64,000 bases of DNA from Hormiphora californensis (taxonomy: Eukaryota > Animalia > Ctenophora). Both the position numbers and the translations under genes were made by a program. Location of the stretch: positions 6,572,001 to 6,636,000 of the forward strand of contig CM035351.1 of assembly GCA_020137815.1 (NCBI GenBank), in the 5' to 3' direction. The notes under the pieces are model-generated. The model was not told the DNA's origin and searched no databases. It was given only the letters and a program-made list of their open reading frames with translations. How positions within the stretch are numbered: position 1 is the stretch's first letter; the number at the start of each line of letters is the position of its first letter. This document shows positions 30,886-54,902 of this stretch, piece after piece.

Positions 30886-32184
30886 ATGGCTTCCGATATC
30901 TGCAAGTGCGGCGAGGAAACTGATCCAAAGGGAGTTCGTGTACAGTGTGCTAACTGTAAGAGTCACTTTCACAAGACCTGTGCCAATCCCTTTTTTGCCA
31001 ACTATACTGGTAATACGCTCCCGAAGAATTTTAATGACTGGTGGTGTACTCAGTGTCTAGTATTGCGGGACATTGATGAGGGAAACCAGGTGTTAATAAA
31101 TTCCTTGACAGCTAAACTAGCTCCTCATTTCGAGGCACGTTTTGATGACCTCTCTAAGGAAATGGACGGTAAGGTGAACCAATTGAATGATCAAATTGAG
31201 TCTAAGATTCTTGCGGTACTCCAGTCCTTCTTCCCCAATAGATCACCTTCTCCATCAAACCCGTCATCTGCTTCTCCCTCCCTAGAAATCCTCCAGGACT
31301 CTATGGCAACTCCTATCAAAACCTCCACTTCCCAATTCGTTACCACCCCCAAATCTTCAACCACCTATGCATCCTTGATTGATAAACCAGCTGCCCCCAC
31401 AGCTGATCCGCTCCCCATCATCCCACCACCGCGTCCCGTTCTTAAATCGGCCCCATCTCTGAAACTGAAGGTACAATGTCCCAACAAAGATGCTTCCGAA
31501 ATAGCTAAGACCCTTGACAGGGTATTGGTGTCGACCCCTCTGAACTTCCTTGACTGCAAAGGTGAGGATCAAATCGTTATAGGATTTCCGAGCTCAACGG
31601 ACTTGAAGTCTGTAAGTGATATTATTGACGAAAAGACTCCTGATGAGGTTACTGTTGCTCCAGTTACCCTAACTGCAAAAGTGACCGTTCTTAGCGTGCC
31701 TCTGGAAATTGAGGGAGTTGGGAAAGAGGCTCTTAACAAATTGGTCCTGCACAATCTTCTATCCAAAAACCCATGGCTCAGCTCTGATAACACTACTGTC
31801 GTTGACGTTAAGAGCCACTTCAAAAACAAGCAGCTGTGCAATGTTGGTCTTAGGCTTCCAGTAGAGATGCAGAAACGTTTGCTGCAGGAAGGCAAGTTGT
31901 ATTACGGCAGATCGAGGCTGAATGTTCAGGAGCGCTTCTATATCAAGCAATGCTACAAATGCCAGGGGTACAATCATGTTAGCAAGGACTGTACAAGTGA
32001 TGTCTCGGTGTGTAAGAGATGTGGCGGTGACCACGATGTGAAGAAATGTGATGCTCCCCATACAAAACTCTGTGTTAATTGTAACCATTCTGCTGAACAT
32101 AAAGCTAATGCGATAACCCATTTCAGTGGTGATCACAAATGCCCAGTGCGCCTCAGCATAATTAATGGGATGGCAAAAAACTAG
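30886..32184 (+). CDS. LINE ORF1: N-terminal PHD finger, coiled coil, three C-terminal CCHC knuckles
   Basis: CKC..VQCANCKSHFHKTC..WWCTQC; QCYKCQGYNHVSKDC, CKRCGGDH, CVNC...H. Confidence 0.88.
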   Translation: MASDICKCGEETDPKGVRVQCANCKSHFHKTCANPFFANYTGNTLPKNFNDWWCTQCLVLRDIDEGNQVLINSLTAKLAPHFEARFDDLSKEMDGKVNQLNDQIESKILAVLQSFFPNRSPSPSNPSSASPSLEILQDSMATPIKTSTSQFVTTPKSSTTYASLIDKPAAPTADPLPIIPPPRPVLKSAPSLKLKVQCPNKDASEIAKTLDRVLVSTPLNFLDCKGEDQIVIGFPSSTDLKSVSDIIDEKTPDEVTVAPVTLTAKVTVLSVPLEIEGVGKEALNKLVLHNLLSKNPWLSSDNTTVVDVKSHFKNKQLCNVGLRLPVEMQKRLLQEGKLYYGRSRLNVQERFYIKQCYKCQGYNHVSKDCTSDVSVCKRCGGDHDVKKCDAPHTKLCVNCNHSAEHKANAITHFSGDHKCPVRLSIINGMAKN

Positions 32185-32186
32185 AG

Positions 32187-35110
32187 ATGTTAGAGGCTCC
32201 TTATCTCAGATTTGCTACCTTGAACTGCTTTTCTATCCGGAATAAACTTGAGGAGGTCATGATGTTAGTCTCTGAGAACTGTGTCGATGTTATGTGCATT
32301 ACTGAGAGCTGGCTCCATGAAGAAGAACACTCCATTAGCAGACAAATTTCTGAGTTTGATTATCAACTAATCAACCTCTCGAGAGGATCCAGAGGTGGGG
32401 GTGTAGCGGTTATCTCTAGGAATGGTTTGACGGTGAAGCGGTGCAAAACTAACAGACAATTTTCATCTTTTGAGTGTTTAGAGGTGACGGTGGAGGGGCG
32501 AGGAGTAGAGCTCACTAGAGCGGCTGTTGTTTATCGCCCACCAGATGCGTCTAAACAGACTGCTTTCTTGGACGAATTTGGAGATTTCTTGTCTGACTTC
32601 ACGACCAAGTCAGGCCATCTAGTATTAACAGGTGATTTCAACATTCACATTGAGAACCCCAGCTGCTCTTTTTCTGATAACTTTATGCAGATAGTTGGAG
32701 ACCATAACTGGCAACAGAAGATCGACCAGCCAACACACATAAATGGAGGTTGGCTTGATTTGGTTCTCACAAATGATGATTACCTCTTGAGTGATGTCGA
32801 TGTTTTACCTACCCCAGAAGTCCCTGATCATTTTCTGGTGTCATTCAACGTTCACTGTGGCTCATCAAACCGTCTTCCTCAGAAAAAGACTGTTGTATCT
32901 AGATGCATGCGAAGAGTGACGGTCCAGAAATCTGAGCTGAAGGGCCCCAATTTTCCTGGGCGATCTCTTACTGAGTGCGTTGAGATGTATGATGAACTCT
33001 TACTAGACATTCTAGACGAGCTTGCAGCTCTTGAAGAGAAAACACTTTTGATCGGTGACAAACCTCGGTGGTTTGACGTTGACTGCTATACAGCACTGAA
33101 GAGCAGGCGTGGGGCTGAGCGCAGGTATCGACGGCTTTACAAGAAGAAGCTAAAGAAGCCCAATCGAGTTACTTATGAAGAACTTGATCTAGCGGAAAGG
33201 GAGTTTGTAAGAGAAGTGAGATACGCAAGGTCAGTGTTTAGACGGGCTAGACGAGAGTTTTTCAGACGCAGACTTCAGGCTGCTGAGGGCAATCCATCTG
33301 CTACCTATCAGGTGATGAACTACCTGCTGGGTAAAGATAAAACCCCGAAAGCACTCCCAACAGTGCCTGATCCTGCTAAACTTCCGGATTTACTGAGTGA
33401 GTTCTTTCACTCCAAAGTTGAAAAGATTTATCAGGATATTCGAAATGATCCATCCTTCTCAGAAACCTTGCCTAACTTGCCCGATACGAGAACACCAACA
33501 TCAGTGCCTGTCCTTGCATCGTTTAAACCGGTATCGGATGAACAACTTGTATCTACCATCCGAAGAATGAACCAAAAACATTGTTCCCTTGACCCTATAC
33601 CGACCTCTCTACTCACAGGTGCCTTACCTCATCTCCTACCAATAATCTCGAAGATCGTCAACTCCAGTCTGTCCCAAGGAGAAGTGCCTGGTAACTTGAA
33701 AACAGCTGTAATAAGACCTGCTCACAAAAATGCGTCATTGGATCCGGATCAATTGAAAAGCTACAGACCTATTTCCAACTTATCATTTTTATCAAAGGTA
33801 GTAGAGAAATGTGTAGCTGAGCAGCTGATTGACCATCTTGAAAAACATGATCTTTTCGCTAAATTCCAGTCCGCCTATAGAACGAAACATTCTTGCGAAA
33901 CGGCGACCGTGAAAATTGTCAATGACATCCTCTTGCAGATTGACAGCAAATCTCAGGTGATTCTTGTGTTATTGGACCTCTCGGCCGCGTTCGACACCAT
34001 CTCGCATTCAGAACTGTTACGGCGACTTGAGAATGAATATCGAATTGGAGGTAGTGTTCTGAAATGGATCAAATCCTACCTGTCAGGACGCTTTGCGAAG
34101 GTTAAGATCGGATCGACGGAGTCCAGTTCGAAACCTATTGACATCGGAGTGCCCCAAGGGTCTATTCTTGGCCCGTTGTTGTTTATCCTATATATGAAGG
34201 ACCTGGAAAAGATTGCTGCATTATACGACCTAACCATACATATGTATGCTGATGATAGTCAGATATATGTTTCATTCTCACCAGAATCAATCGGTGAGGT
34301 GACTGAAAGACTACAGAAATGCATGGCACACATAAAATTGTGGATGGCTCATAGTATGCTGAAGCTCAACCCAGAGAAAACGGAAGTTCTCATCCTGAAA
34401 AACAAATGGAGTAAATCATCTGATATTGAGAACATATTGATCAATCCAGAAGATGGCGAAACAGAAGTCAGCCCCAAGAGCGAGAAACTTGGGCGTAATG
34501 TTTGACTAGCACATTATCAATGGCCGATCACGTTACTAAAGTTGTCAAAGCTTGCAATCTACAACTGGTACAGATGTGGAGAATAGCCGGAAAATTGAGT
34601 AAGGCACAGAAAACTAAGCTGGTTTCAACCCTTATTCATAGCCGTATCGATTATTGCAACTCTCTTTTGGTTTCATTAAAGGATTCTGACCTGAAACGTC
34701 TACAGAAAGTTCAGAACAGTGCGACACGATACATTTACGGGAAAAGAGGAAAACGCGGTGTAACAAAACTTCGTATGAAATCACACTTCTTGCCTGTGAA
34801 ACAGCGAATAGAGTACAAAATTTGCTTGATGGTATACAAGACTCTTCATGATCAATCCCCTCCATACATGTCTGAGATGTTAGTGAAGCGGCCCCAGAAA
34901 GTGAAATCACTCCGAGTGGATAATGACGTCACCGCTCTGAAAGAGGTGCGGAGGAGTGAGTACCACTACGAGAACACTAGAGGCGCTTTCAGTATTGCTG
35001 CACCTAAATTATGGAATCAGCTACCACGATCAATCCGGGACTCAGAATCCCTTACTACTTTTAAAACATCCCTGAAGACGCACTTGTTCTTTAGAGCATA
35101 CAACCAATGA
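32187..35110 (+). CDS. LINE ORF2: apurinic endonuclease plus reverse transcriptase; two 1-bp insertions near 34475-34506
   Basis: CITESWL, GDFNIH, LDLVLT, PDHFLV; YRPISNL, LLDLSAAFDTI, GVPQGSILGPLLF, YADD; ARNLGVMFD-STLSM restored by deleting two bases. Confidence 0.92.
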
Positions 35111-35227
35111 TCGGCAAAATAATCCTCACTTCCCTACATTTGGTACATCCACATGGATTCCTGAGTAACTACTGTCTCCAACTCCTATTCCTGATTCCTG
35201 GGCTCCCTTTTTCTCGTGTATTCCTTC

Positions 35228-35690
35228 ACATCGATACCTGGGTCCTCTACTCCTACCTCCTCCACATCGATCCCTGGGTCCTTTACTCCTACCTCCTCCA
35301 CATCGATCCCTGGGTCCTCTACTCCTACCTCCTCCACATCGATCCCTGGGTCCTTTACTCCTACCTCCTCCACATCGATTCCTGGGTCCTTTCCCTACCT
35401 TGCTCCACATCGATCCCTGGGTCTTTTCCCAACCTCCTTCACATCGATCCCTGGGTCCTTTACTCCTACCTCCTCCACATCGATTCCTGGGTCCTTTCCC
35501 TACCTTGCTCCACATCGATCCCTGGGTCCTCTACTCCTACCTGCTCCACATCGATCCCTGGGTCCTTTACTCCTACCTCCTCCACATCGATCCCTGGGTC
35601 CTTTACTCCTACCTTGCTCCTCATCCCTGGGTCCTTTACTCCTACCGGTACTCCTACCTCCTCCACATCGATCCCTGGGTCCTTTTCCTT
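35228..35690 (+). repeat. 36-bp minisatellite in the LINE 3' UTR
   Basis: About 12 units of CTCCACATCGATCCCTGGGTCCTTTACTCCTACCTC. Confidence 0.92.
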
Positions 35691-36033
35691 GCGCTGCTCT
35701 ATATCGAGCACATCCTCATTCCTCATTCTACAAACTATCTACAACATCCCTAATACACGCTACTCATCACTTGTTATCACGACAGTTTATCGAATCTGTT
35801 TTTTGTACATACAATGTGATATTGAAGAGTGTTTGAATTAGACGAGATAACCCAGCTAGAGGTAGCTACGGGCGGAAACGTCCGCATGTTGGACATATTT
35901 ATTTTTAATACTTGTGAACCAATATGTTTAGTGTATTAGCGGGGTGTCAATAATTACATTTATTTAATTTATTGACATTATAAATATAATTTTAATCTTG
36001 TAATCTTGTAATCTTGTAATCTTGTAATCTTGT

Positions 36034-36360
36034 ACCTGAGCCCCTGCAAAAAGCAGTAGTCATGCCAACGATAAAGGATCCGAATGGAGACAGAGATCTT
36101 CTTGCCAACTACCGCCCTGTCTCGAACATTGCTTTTGTCTCCAAAGTCTTGGAAAAGGTGGTATTGTGTCAAATGAATGACTATCTACTGAAGAATGACT
36201 TGTTGAACGCCAACCAGTCGGGTTACCGAACTGGTCATAGTTGTGAAACTCTTCTGGCTGGAATGTTTGATGACTTGCTGAAAGAACTTGATTCTGGAAA
36301 GGTAGCGGCACTCATGCTGTTGGACATGAGCGCGGCTTTCGATACAGTAGATCATGAGAA
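36034..36360 (+). mobile_element. Fragment of a second L2-group RT
   Basis: ANYRPVSNIAFVSKVLEKVV..NQSGYRTGHSCETLL..LLDMSAAFDTVDH, then degrades into noise. Confidence 0.88.
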
Positions 36361-38600
36361 CTTTTCCCCCAAAACCTTTGGGCCCCCAATCGGGTTTCCC
36401 TTTTTCGACCCTTTTTCTTTTCCCCAATCCCCGGCCTTTCATTCCCCTTTTTCCCCACTTCCTCCAATCCCCCGGGCCCTTTACTCCCCCCCCCCCCGGG
36501 GGGGGGGAAAAACCCCCTACCCCCCCCACCCCCCCGGGGTTTTTCCCCGCCCCCAACAGCCCCCAAAAACCCAAAAAACCCCAAACCCTAAGTTTTTTGA
36601 ACCCGACTTTTGGGGAATTTTTTTTTGGGAAAAAAAAAGGGGGTTTAAAGCAAAACCCCGAGGGGAACCGGGGGGTCCCCCGGGAAATTTTTTTTAAAGG
36701 CCCAAGGGTTTTGAAGGGGTGCAAAAAATTTTTTTTAAAAAAATAAAAAAATTTTTAATTTTGAACGGGTTGTAACAACGAGGCCCCCGGCAGTGTATCC
36801 CAAGAAAAGGCCAAAGGAAAAGCCCCCTTTTTTTGGGGGGAAAACCGCCCAAAAGGGAAAGGGGGGAAAAGAAGGAAAAAAAAATGGAGGAAGAAATCGG
36901 GGGGGGCTGGGGGGGGGGAAACCCCGGCAAAAACTCAAAAAGAAGGGGGGAAAAGGTGCGGAAGGTTTGGAAGAGCGCGGGGGGGGAAAAAAACGGGGCA
37001 AAAGGGGGAGGATTTTGGGGGGGAAGGGGGGCTTGGGGGGGGGTTTTTGGGGGGGCCGGAGAAGGGTTGGGGGAAAGGAGGGGGGGGAGCCCACGGGGTT
37101 TTTTTTTTAATTAGGGGAGGGGAAAAAGGTTTTGCAAGGGTTTGGGGAAAGTGATGAGTGAAGAAGGGGGCGGAGGGTTGTGAGGGAGGCGCTTAAACCC
37201 AATTGGGGGGGGGCCAAAAAGGGGAGGAAGGGGTTGGGGGGAACGGGAAAGGGAGGGGGGGGAAAACGCCGGGCGGGGGGAATTTTTTTGGGACGGGGAG
37301 AGGGGGAGGAGGGGGGAAGGGGTTGGGTTTTTGGGGGGGGGGGTTTGGAGCGGGGGGGGGAAAAAAAAAATTTTGGCCCCAAAAAAAGGGCCCCTTTTTG
37401 GGGGTTTTGGGGGGGGGGGGTTTGGGTTTTGGGGGGGGGGGTTCATCTAAACCTACGGGGACATCAAAAACCTATGATGAGTATTTAAGGGAAGCCAATC
37501 CTCCCAATACAGCAGAGACTAAGTTAAAGGGGCCGCCTTTAGCGTACAAAATTTGGTGAACAGCTCCAGAGTATTTGCTGGGAAATGGTCCCCCAGGGTG
37601 GATATTTTTGGGTATGAACCAACGAGGGCGAATTTAGGTTGATTTTATAAGCTGAAAAATCCAAACTCTCGAGTGTTAACGAAAATCTAAATGAGGAAAG
37701 GAGGGTTTTGGTGTTTTACCGACGGTATGAACTCTTTACCTCGACCTGGATCTTTCACCCCCTTGAGTTGTTCAAACTAGGCTGAAGACCCAAATTTTCC
37801 TAGAAGCGTTCCCTCCTACCCCCGAAAACTCCCGGTGTGGCGTCTGAGTTGTTCACCGTGCTCCCCCTTGTCAGTAGGGGGCTTTTGGCTGTCACCATTT
37901 ACACTTAGGGCTTTTTTTATCAGTATTGTTGAGGGGGAAAGTAGTGTTGGGGGGTTGGTTTTTTCCCTTTTTTTTGGTAAAGTCTGTAATTTTTCATCTA
38001 AACGTTTTTAAGGGTTTTGTGACCAGTTATCTAATTAGTTAAACTTGAATAGGGTTAATTTTTTTCCAAAGTGTGTGGAATATTTAAGGGCCTTTTGGTG
38101 AGGATACCGCTCTGAAGCTCTCAGGTAGTTTCAGTTTTTCTTATCTGGGCCCGTCGTGTCTGTGGGGGTAACAAAACTTTAAATTTTTTTATTATTATTT
38201 TTTATTATAAATCTGTTTACAATAACTTGACCCGTCCACCCCAAAGTCCAAAATTTCAAACACTGTGGGGCCAACTGTGATTTTACTGCAGCTAAAACAC
38301 CCCCGTTACCATGAAGGTCTCCCGGGTGAGGACGTTCCCAGAGACTTCCTTTTCGGAGAACAAAAGGTCCCGCCAAACCCCCTTTTACTGCCAAAAAAAT
38401 GTCGGAATTTTTACATTTCGTCTGGGTGGGCATCAATTATAATCCCCAGCTGGGAATTTTTTGGGGCACGTTTTCGGGACCAATCAAGCGAAGAAAATAT
38501 GCAATGGTTTGGATGCAAACACAACTGGGGTTTTTGGGAATGGAACAACGGTAACTGTGACCGAAATAAAAAAGAGATTTTCTATCGACCTAGGGGGGGC
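36361..38600. other. Homopolymer-inflated low-quality sequence, probable base-calling or consensus artefact over retroelement DNA
   Basis: Abrupt switch mid-RT to runs of C/G/A/T; worst at 36361-37450, partly readable afterwards. Confidence 0.8.
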
Positions 38601-38639
38601 ATCAATAAGTATATCACCTCCGTCAGCAGCTGAAGCTTG

Positions 38640-40525
38640 GAAATAAAGTTATTTCTTTTGCCAAGAATAGTAAAGTCCTTGGGGTTTACATCGATAGTAA
38701 CCTAAATTTCATGACTCATGCTGCTGATGTACTGAAAAGATGCTGGTTTAACTGGAACACATTAACCTCAATGACTGGTCGACTGACGGATCAACAGTTC
38801 GGGGCTTTCGCTACTATTCAGAACAGTAATCTTAACAAAGATCCTTTATGCAGCATAAACCGTGTAATTCTTGCCAGGACCTGGAATTTTTGGGGGGCAA
38901 GCCAATTTTTCACCAAATGTTACCCAAGGGTCCCCTGAGTCACCACAAAAAAGTCTAAGAGTGAAGTCCTTGGGGAGAGGTCATTTCCGGGCCACGCCCC
39001 TTTTTACCTGTATTATCAGTCATAATTCCAAAATTATGTAATTATGTAGGAAAAGAGTAGAGAAAAAACCAAGGGCACTAAAGTGATCAGCGTCCTCACA
39101 TTAGTGGGGGTAGGTGCAAAAATTAAGTTTCTATCTGGTCGCGTTAATGAGTTAATTGGATAATTAGGTGCGCGAATAACCGTTTTTGGCCATATAGCTA
39201 TAGCCACTTTGGAATGGTTTAGAGACTTTTCACTGGTGCCATTTTGTAGGCAATGGCTAACTTACGGGGGGTCATGGTCGGACTTTTAAGCTCTATCTCC
39301 AACCGTTTAGCCGTTATTTGGATTCAAAGGTGCTGAAAATGAGCAAAAAATGGTAATTAGTCCGATTTTGTGCCTCTTTGTGCTCATTTCAGCACCTTTG
39401 AATCCAAATAACGGCTAAACGGTTGGAGATAGAGCTTAAAAGTCCGACCATGACCCCCCGTAAGTTAGCCATTGCCTACAAAATGGCACCAGTGAAAAGT
39501 CTCTAAACCATTCCAAAGTGGCTATAGCCATATGGCCAAAAACGGTTATTCGCGCACCTAATTATCCAATTAACTCATTAACGCGACCAGATAGAAACTT
39601 AATTTTTGCACCTACCCCCACTAATGTGAGGACGCTGATCACTTTAGTGCCCTTGGTTTTTTCTCTACTCTTTTCCTACATAATTACATAATTTTGGAAT
39701 TATGACTGATAATACAGGTAAAAAGGGGCGTGGCCCGGAAATGACCTCTCCCCAAGGACTTCACTCTTAGACTTTTTTGTGGTGACTCAGGGGACCCTTG
39801 GGTAACATTTGGTGAAAAATTAGCTTGCCCCCCAAAAATTCCAGGTCCTGGCAAGAATTACAAGGATTAGCACCAGTTTGGCTAAAACAGCGAACGGACT
39901 TCTTCGGAGATCTTCTTTCCCGTGCACGGCTGAAGATAACAGGGGGACAAGTTCACATAGCCAAACCTCTGTCGTAACTCCTAGCATGCGTACCTCCTAT
40001 TGACGTTCTTGTGACAACAGTGGTAACCAAATTTGTGCTGAAAGGCCTTGCAGCTAAAGATAATATATCAGCTAAGCTACTACAAATCGAAGCGGAACAA
40101 AATCATGTGTTCTTCTGGCAGATTGCTGCTACCAAAAGATATTTGGTTTGGAAGTCGAATCAACTAGACGGAGTCCAGATCCAGGATTCTAACATTCATT
40201 CTAAGATTCAATCCGAGCTATTAACTTAGGAAATTTAGAACCGGACACTTTCCTGTACTCAAAAGAGGAAATGAGACAGTACACAGGTAATTTATGGGAC
40301 CGGTCACGTGACCCATAAGTGTGACGTCACTCAAATCATCGATTAACCATTTGACTCGAGATGACCCTTTTAGCATACTTCCTATTCGCTCTCAAGAAGA
40401 GCCAGCCTTATCAACTCAGAGGCCATTTTGGATTTCCCCATAGTTCCAAGAAACATGTCCCGACAGAACTCATCTCAAGTCTTAGACTTTGTACACGGCA
40501 GATCCTTCGTTTTCAAGACTTCAGC
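38640..40525 (+). mobile_element. Decayed LINE ORF2 C-terminal region, same family as 860-6044, interrupted by a foldback element
   Basis: SKVLGVYIDSNLNFMTHAADVLKRCWFNW; YAAPVW restored across the insertion; VTKFVLKGL..ISAKLLQIEAE..KRYLVW aligns to 5731-6138. Confidence 0.75.
38856..39869. mobile_element. About 1-kb foldback element (about 490-bp arms) with 3-bp TSD
   Basis: Near-perfect palindrome centred near 39365; TSD GCA (38853-38855, 39870-39872); excision restores TATGCAGCACCAGTTTGG (YAAPVW). Confidence 0.85.
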
Positions 40526-40529
40526 TTCA

Positions 40530-40998
40530 AGTGAGAGTGGACCGGATCAGAATTGGACAAGTTTGTTGTAGGTAGTAGAGAATAGCTCTCTGAGCATTTT
40601 GCCTTTTTGCCGCTCAAAATCGACCCACCCATCACTGAGATATTTTTGTTATGTTGGGAGAATTCCTGCTGGATCAGTATTTATCAAACAGGATAGAAAC
40701 AATCCTTGTGTTTTACTAACACATTCTTTAAATTTTTAATATGCTGGCTTGCATTGCCCTGCTTCTGTGCATGGACATGTCAACCTCACTGCTTGTATTC
40801 AGAATGTGTTAGTAAAACACTACGATTGTTTCTATTATGTTTTATACATACTGATTAAACAGGAGTTCTCCCAACATAACAAAAATATCTCAGTGATGGG
40901 TGGGTCGATTTTGAGCGGCAAAAACGCAAAATGCTCAGAAAGCTACTCTCTACTACCTACAACAAACTTGTCCAATTCTGATTCGGTCCACTCTCACT
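40530..40998. mobile_element. MITE with about 135-bp TIRs and 4-bp TSD (Kolobok- or Sola-like)
   Basis: AGTGAGAGTGGACCG...CGGTCCACTCTCACT; TTCA on both sides (40526-40529, 40999-41002). Confidence 0.8.
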
Positions 40999-42014
40999 TT
41001 CAGTTACCTGAGATACGAGCGATCACTCACAGTTCCCAATTGCCTTGAATGTGGCCAACTCCCAGATTCATCCCACAAATTGTTTCCACTAATTTTCTCC
41101 AAAGACAAGCAGGTAAAATCGAACTTTAGAAAGCTAGTTAGAGCTGTGATAGAACAATCTTTATTTGGAGATGAACTGCGAAAATCATACGATAGAGGCC
41201 GACCCCGTGAGTTCCCAAGTTGTAAATTAGTAGGGGTACTCGTCAGAGCTCCAAAAGACATCAACTTTCGCTGTTCCAGAAACTTTATACTTTCCCTTTT
41301 CATTATTTGTTCTTGTGCTGCTGCAGCCTGCATCACAGCTGTAAGCTGATATATCGGCAATGTACTTCCCATTTAACTGCGTGCGGCTTGTATGGATAGG
41401 GTAGCCGTCAACATAAGAATATATTTAGCTTGAATGTTGAATACATGATTGTTGTGTTTTACAGTGGGTCATTTGGGATCTTTCATCTAACGTCTGTTAT
41501 TTGTTTCCCTCATCTCTCTTACCTTCAATCTCTATTTCTTCTTCTTTCTTCCTTTCTTATTTCTCTCTCCCTTTCCCATCTCTCTCAGTGTTTTGCCAGC
41601 GTCTGACTGAACTCGATGTGATTACAAGCTCGACTAAGTATAACACACGGAGACGAGAAGTCGAGAGAGTGTGTGTGTGTGTGCACACATCACTTACCTA
41701 ATTTGCCTCACACACAACTTCCAGCATTAACAGTGCACACACTAGCTCTTGTTATAGTCATGTTATCCCATCGTTAGGAGGAGTTAACAATAATTGTCGC
41801 CCTGACTAGACGCAGTAAACCACTTTTATCTGCTGTACTCTGCGGCAGAGTTCGAGCCTCTGCCCTCTTTTTGTGTATAATAGTACCCCACTTTTATCAT
41901 TTATCTTCCAACAACGCCTATAATAACACCTACATTCTGTTTAATATAATTGTACACCATTTTGAAATAACACCAACCATAACACCTACCCCCTGTTAGT
42001 GTTTCACGTATGTC

Positions 42015-52930
<10,916 letters not shown>

Positions 52931-53346
52931 ATATCCACATCATCTCACACTGGTATTCTTGTTTTTTAGCTTGTACACTCGTTGTCTAGAATTCTGTAGA
53001 TACTAGATAGGTGGCTTGTTATCGTTCCAAAGGGTTAACCTAATTTCTTGTTTCAGGGAGGCATAACGGAAACGTGTGAACGTTGTTGAAATGAAAACAC
53101 TGCAATCAACCAATCAACTACTCCAGGGGAAATGAGCCAAGACTAGATGCTAATCACACAGACTTGTGAAGAATTCAGACTTTTGTACAATATATTGTTT
53201 CTTCTCTCCGTCCATTTTACTCACAAATCTTCTACAGCTCCACAAAAACTTTTGGTAGAGTGGTATATTTTTTTATTTCATAAAGGCAAAATTCACAGAG
53301 ATTAGCAAATAGGGTGTTGATGATGATGTGTATTCAGGGCGTTTTT

Positions 53347-54902
53347 GTGGGCCACGGATTGTTGGTAAGGGTTAGCGAGTTGTCCCGTCAAAACGGTGAT
53401 AGTTGCGAGAATAAAAATCATGGGAGCACTCTGGATCAATTTCTTGGTAACTTTTTCCATAATTTTTTGTCAAAAATTTGAAAATTCATTTTTCATTCCT
53501 TCATTCATTTCTCGTTCATTTATGATGTGAGCATCCTAATTTTCCATCATGGTGCTATTTTTCTTTGGCTTGAATTTATCTTTCCAATGAACACCATAAA
53601 AATGAAATTGAAGCACCAGGTCACGTTGCAGTTGAGAAAATGCTCATGCATGATTTTGGCTCTTCCTGCGACTTTCAATGAGCTGTATCACGGCTCCCTT
53701 TTGTTCAATCTTTTTCAAAATTTGGGAGAACATTGGATAAACAAAGATCTTTGCTCACAAGAAAAATCAAGGTCAAAACTCAAAGTTCATTTTTCATTTT
53801 TGGTAGTTCATTCCACCCATTCAGGAACTAACATCCCTAAAGTCATGAAAAGTTTTGGGTTTTGTTTGGCCTATGCTCTGCAATGCCAGAGAGGTGTAGT
53901 AGCGTGTTTCCGGGCTAGTTTTTGGGTGTCCATGTGATCATGATGATACCTGACACCTTATTTGGGCCATAATTAAGAGATTTTCTCAAGTTGAAGCATG
54001 TGACTTGGGTTTTCTGTGATTGATATCGTGAAACAATGTTATGGGATCCCATAGCACCCCTAAAATGATGATTAATTCAACAAAATGAGTTGATTTATTA
54101 TTGAAAAGATTCAAACCGAAGACAAACTCAACTAAACGAACAATTTCGATCATAAATCAACTCATTTTGTTGAATTAATCATCATTTTAGGGGTGCTATG
54201 GGATCCCATAACATTGTTTCACGATATCAATCACAGAAAACCCAAGTCACATGCTTCAACTTGAGAAAATCGCTTAATTATGGCCCAAATAAGGTGTCAG
54301 ATATCATCATGATCACATGGACACCCAAAAACTAGCCCGGAAACACGCTACTACACCTCTCTGGCATTGCAGAGCATAGGCCAAACAAAACCCAAAACTT
54401 TTCATGACTTTAGGGATGTTAGTTCCTGCATGAGTGGAATGAACTACCAAAAATGAAAAATGAACTTTGAGTTTTGACCTTGATTTTTCTTGTGAGCAAA
54501 GATCTTTGTTTATCCAATGTTAACCCAAATTTTGAAAAATATTGAACAAAAGGGAGCCGTGATACAGCTCATTGAAAGTCGCAGGAAGAGCCAAAATCAT
54601 GCATGAGCATTTTCTCAACTGCAACGTGACCTGGTGCTTCAATTTCATTTTTATGGTGTTCGTTGGAAAGATAAATTCAAGCCAAAGAAAAATAGCACCA
54701 TGATGGAAAATTAGGATGCTCACATCATAAATGAACGAGAAATGAATGAAGGAATGAAAATGAATTTTCGAATTTTTGACAAAAAATTATGGAAAAAGTT
54801 ACCAAGAAATTGATCCAGAGTGCTCCCATGATTTTTATTCTCGCAACTATCACCGTTTTGACGGGACAACTCGCTAACCCTTACCAACAATCCGTGGCCC
54901 AC
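53347..54902. mobile_element. 1.55-kb foldback element (about 750-bp arms)
   Basis: GTGGGCCACGGATTGTTGGTAAGGG... mirrored with a few mismatches; spacer about 54100-54150; no clear TSD. Confidence 0.85.

Larger units (their letters stand above)
30803..36033 (+). mobile_element. Near full-length L2-group LINE
   Basis: ORF1 plus ORF2 (APE and RT), L2-type C-terminus (SRIDYCNSLL, LQKVQNSATR, APKLWNQLP, FKTSLKTHLF), (TAATCTTG)n 3' tail at about 35993-36032. 5' end approximate. Confidence 0.92.

Noticed and set aside
36185-37559. Many G/K/P/F-rich ORFs
   Set aside because: Products of homopolymer-inflated low-quality sequence that begins mid-RT.
41004-41372. 122-aa minus-strand ORF
   Set aside because: No recognisable domain or splice context; abuts a MITE; cannot be supported.
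53527-54902. Paired ORFs 53527-53937 and 54520-54723
   Set aside because: Mirror products of the foldback arms with no transposase motif.
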